DNA of 9,116 nucleotides from a virus (Duplodnaviria; Heunggongvirae; Uroviricota; Caudoviricetes): IMG/VR virus record IMGVR_UViG_2698536397_000007, positions 1 to 9,116 of that record; one strand, 5' to 3'. Shown piece by piece: positions 6,925 to 9,116 of this stretch (position 1 is its first letter; each line of letters starts with the position of its first letter). The notes under the pieces were generated by a model. It saw only the letters and a program-made list of their open reading frames with translations, ran no database searches and was not told where the DNA came from. The position numbers and the translations under genes were made by a program.

Positions 6925-6943
6925 CTGCTTTGCGCAAAAGCAG
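6925..6943. promoter_or_regulatory. Palindromic operator-like site upstream of the methyltransferase gene
   Basis: CTGCTTT-GCGCA-AAAGCAG: 7-bp perfect inverted repeat around a 5-nt centre, 33 bp upstream of ATG 6976, with no T-run after it, so not a terminator. Confidence 0.3.
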
Positions 6944-6975
6944 AATGAGCCTATCAGAGAAGTGCTTATTGATCT

Positions 6976-8032
6976 ATGGCTAATACTGTAAAAATATCCA
7001 GTTGTGAGCTAATCAACGCTGATTGCCTGGAATTTATCCAGACCTTACCGGAAAACTCTGTCGATCTGATAGTCACAGACCCGCCATACTTTAAAGTGAA
7101 GCCCGAGGGCTGGGATAACCAGTGGACGGGGGATGAGGATTACCTGAAATGGCTGGACCAGTGTCTTGCGCAGTTCTGGCGGGTGCTGAAACCTGCCGGA
7201 AGTCTTTACCTGTTCTGTGGTCATCGCCTGGCGTCTGACATTGAAATCATGATGCGTGAACGCTTCAGTGTGCTGAACCATATTATCTGGGCGAAGCCGT
7301 CCGGACGCTGGAACGGGTGCAACAAGGAAAGCCTGCGGGCGTATTTCCCCGCCACAGAGCGCATTCTGTTCGCGGAACATTATCAGGGCCGTATCGCCCG
7401 AAAGATGCCAGGTATGAGGCGAAGGGCAGGGCACTGAAACAGCATGTGATGGCCCCGCTGATTTCTTACTTTCGTGATGCACGTGCTGCCCTGGGGATAA
7501 CGGCAAAACAGATTGCTGATGCCACAGGAAAGAAAAACATGGTGTCGCACTGGTTCAGTGCCAGCCAGTGGCAGCTACCGGACGAAAGCGATTATCTGAA
7601 ATTACAGGCGCTGTTTGCCCGGGTGGCAGAAGAGAAGCATCAGCGCGGAGAACTGGAAAAGCCACATCACCAACTGGTCAGCACATACAGTGAACTGAAT
7701 CGGCAGTATGCGGAACTGCAGAGTGAATATAAGCATCTGCGGCGGTATTTTGGCGTGACGGCGCAGGTGCCGTACACCGATGTGTGGACGCATAAACCGG
7801 TGCAGTACTATCCCGGGAAACATCCGTGCGAAAAACCAGCAGAAATGCTGCAGCAGATAATCAGCGCGAGCAGTCGTCCGGGTGACCTGGTTGCAGATTT
7901 CTTCATGGGTCGGGTTCGACAGTCAAAGCAGCGATGGCGCTGGGACGTCGTGCAACTGGCGTTGAGCTGGAGACTGAACGTTTTGAGCAGACTGTCAGGG
8001 AAGTTCAGGATTTAGTCAGTCAGAACGGATGA
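6976..8032 (+). pseudogene. Phage DNA methyltransferase (DPPY-type N6-adenine/N4-cytosine family) disrupted by two single-base frameshifts
   Basis: N-terminal part (ATG 6976, frame 1) carries DLIVTDPPYF and stops at TGA 7435-7437. The protein continues in frame 0 (…PYRPKDARYEAKGRALKQ…HPCEKPAEMLQQIISASSRPGDLVADFFMG) and then in frame 2 (SGSTVKAAMALGRRATGVELETERFEQTVREVQDLVSQNG*, TGA 8030-8032). Shift points are near 7386-7390 (G/C run) and 7908-7911 (GGT-CGG where GGT-TCG-GGT would give FMGSGST). Both behave as 1-nt deletions; the second destroys the FxGxG SAM-binding motif. Confidence 0.8.
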
Positions 8033-8075
8033 TATTGCAGAATTAACCGGGTATCAGTTACGCCCCGAAAATTTT

Positions 8076-8316
8076 AAATGTCTCACAATTCAGACGGTTG
8101 ACAGTTGTCTGTTTTGCGGGGCGTTTGTTAAAAGGAACAGGCATGGTGAATCCCCCTGTGCGGAGGGGCATATCAGCGACAGGTGGTTGGTTATATCCCT
8201 TATCCTTTCTGTGCGGGTTCAGGTGCTGATACTGAACTCACCGGGAGGCACCCGGCACCATGCGCATGATGATACAGATACGCGGCTTTAGCCCCTCTCC
8301 GGAGGGGCTTTTTAAT
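8076..8316 (+). repeat. Tandem structured repeat, unit 1
   Basis: Shares with unit 2 the blocks CTCACAATTCAG (8082-8093), TTGACA (8098-8103), TTTGTTAAAA, GCATGGTGAATCCCCCTGTGCGGAGGGGCATA (hairpin CCCCT/AGGGG), ACTCACCGGGAGGCACCCGGCACCATGC (hairpin CCGGG/CCCGG, 8241-8255) and a 3' terminator hairpin. Confidence 0.6.
8290..8314 (+). terminator. Intrinsic terminator closing repeat unit 1
   Basis: Stem AGCCCCTC (8290-8297) / GAGGGGCT (8302-8309), loop TCCG, followed by a T-run (8309-8313). Confidence 0.65.
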
Positions 8317-8338
8317 GAGGGGAAGGCACCGGGCAGTG

Positions 8339-8586
8339 AAATGTTAAATCACTCACAATTCAGTCAGTTGACGGTTGCCTGTCTGGCTGAGCATTTGTTA
8401 AAAAAATCCTGCATGATGAATCCCCCTGAGCGGAGGGGCATAATGACAGATGTTTGGTTGCGTATTGTATAGGCAAGTTGCGGATTCTGTCTGGTCATTG
8501 CAGAATTCACCGGGAGGCACCCGGCATCATGCTGTATACAGAGATTAGGCATATATCCAGGCTCCTCATCGCAGGAGCCTTTTTAC
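8339..8586 (+). repeat. Tandem structured repeat, unit 2
   Basis: Period about 270 bp from unit 1: CTCACAATTCAG (8352-8363), TTGACG (8368-8373), TTTGTTAAAAAAA, GCATGATGAATCCCCCTGAGCGGAGGGGCATA, ATTCACCGGGAGGCACCCGGCATCATGC (8510-8524) and a terminator hairpin with a different sequence but the same structure. Confidence 0.6.
8559..8585 (+). terminator. Intrinsic terminator closing repeat unit 2
   Basis: Stem AGGCTCCT (8559-8566) / AGGAGCCT (8573-8580), loop CATCGC, followed by TTTT. Confidence 0.65.
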
Positions 8587-8590
8587 ATGC

Positions 8591-8619
8591 AAAAAAAGCC
8601 CGCGCCGGGAGACGCGGGC
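8591..8619 (-). terminator. Candidate minus-strand intrinsic terminator (possibly half of a bidirectional pair)
   Basis: Stem GCCCGCG (8598-8604) / CGCGGGC (8613-8619) with an 8-nt loop, preceded on the plus strand by AAAAAAA (8591-8597), which is a T-run on the minus strand. No obvious minus-strand gene feeds into it. Confidence 0.4.
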
Positions 8620-8816
8620 AGCAAGGAATAAACAACAAAACGTGAAGTAATCAATTTTTCAGCTGGCGAATAATACCCGACAGTAATCACTCTGCGCAAC
8701 TGCGCGGCCTTTTTCGTATTGCGGGCTGTAGTCTTCCTTCTGTCATTGTCCTGTAACTTCCGGACTTCAGCCCGCCCCTTATCTGACTCACAACATTATC
8801 CCGGCCGGGAGGATTC

Positions 8817-9116
8817 ATGGCATTTAAACACTACGATGTGGTCAGGGCGGCGTCGCCGTCAGACCTTGCGGAGCGACTGACTCAAAAACTGAAGGAGGGG
8901 TGGCAGCCATTTGGCAGCCCTGTCGCCATCACGCCTTATACCCTGATGCAGGCCATTGCGGCGGAAGGTGATGTCACCACACCTGTGGTGGTGAAGCCGT
9001 CGGATGGAGAAGGCACAGTAATCAGCGCCACCAGCGACCCGGAGTATTACTTTGTTGTGGTTCTGGCAGGGCAGTCAAACGGCATGTCGTATGGTGAAGG
9101 CCTTCCGCTGCCGGAG
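8817..9116 (+). CDS. NanS-p-like prophage esterase (DUF1737 N-terminal domain plus SGNH/sialate O-acetylesterase domain), 5' partial, runs off the window
   Basis: ATG 8817 with GGGAGG at 8807-8812; open to the window end (100 codons): MAFKHYDVVRAASPSDLAERLTQKLKEGWQPFGSPVAITPYTLMQAI… then YFVVVLAGQSNGMSYGEGLP, with GQSN as the SGNH block-I serine motif. Such genes sit directly downstream of stx in Stx phages (recalled). Confidence 0.8.
   Translation, partial: MAFKHYDVVRAASPSDLAERLTQKLKEGWQPFGSPVAITPYTLMQAIAAEGDVTTPVVVKPSDGEGTVISATSDPEYYFVVVLAGQSNGMSYGEGLPLPE

Noticed and set aside
6801-6983. 60-aa plus-strand ORF
   Set aside because: Spans a terminator and the methyltransferase start region; no SD; not coding-like.
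7045-7823. Minus-strand ORFs 7045-7506 and 7602-7823
   Set aside because: Antisense to the methyltransferase coding frames, which carry recognisable DPPY and FxGxG motifs.
7317-8015. Six-frame ORF listed as an independent 232-aa protein
   Set aside because: It is the middle frame of the frameshifted methyltransferase; its N-terminus and C-terminus belong to out-of-frame readthrough.
8146-8170. Similarity of GTGAATCCCC to the start of the ERIC repeat consensus
   Set aside because: Only about 10 nt match; the rest of the ERIC consensus is absent. Treated as coincidence.
8260-8645. ORFs 8260-8472 and 8454-8645 (plus) and 8364-8552 (minus) inside the repeat region
   Set aside because: They run through intrinsic terminators, and the peptides after the conserved hairpins are not conserved between the two repeat copies, so the conservation is at the RNA level.
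8040-8816. tRNA genes (expected here by analogy with Stx2 phages)
   Set aside because: No cloverleaf-compatible segment: no GTTCGAATC-type T-loop with flanking 5-bp stems and no matching acceptor stem found by eye. tRNAscan-SE would be decisive.
1-9116. CRISPR array, integrase or attachment site, IS element, rRNA
   Set aside because: No regularly spaced short direct repeats, no recombinase or transposase-like ORF, no terminal inverted repeats and no rRNA-like sequence seen.

Overview
This 9.1-kb window reads as a lambdoid prophage segment from an Enterobacteriaceae (E. coli/Shigella-like) genome; all calls rest on reading the sequence and family-level recall, with no database search. Positions 1-3317 are a tightly packed plus-strand operon with overlapping stop/start codons: a DUF1627-like protein, a small HTH-like protein, a DUF4406/nucleoside-deoxyribosyltransferase-like protein, two tandem Ead/Ea22-like paralogs (the second broken by an in-frame TAG), a DUF551 protein and a 27-aa hydrophobic peptide. 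A ParD/ParE-like toxin-antitoxin pair sits on the minus strand (3440-4002) behind a bidirectional terminator. The plus strand then carries a nin-like module: small ORF, DUF968/YdfU-like HNH protein, RusA resolvase and a putative antiterminator Q with a short promoter-terminator unit after it. Between Q and a partial NanS-p-like esterase gene (8817 to window end) lies a cargo region: a 65-aa putative DNA-binding protein, a DNA methyltransferase disrupted by two single-base frameshifts, and two tandem ~250-270 bp structured non-coding repeats. Those repeats, each with a promoter-like box, two conserved hairpins and an intrinsic terminator, are the strongest candidate for something undescribed (a pair of small RNAs or duplicated promoter-terminator modules). 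No tRNA, rRNA, CRISPR array, integrase or IS element was seen.
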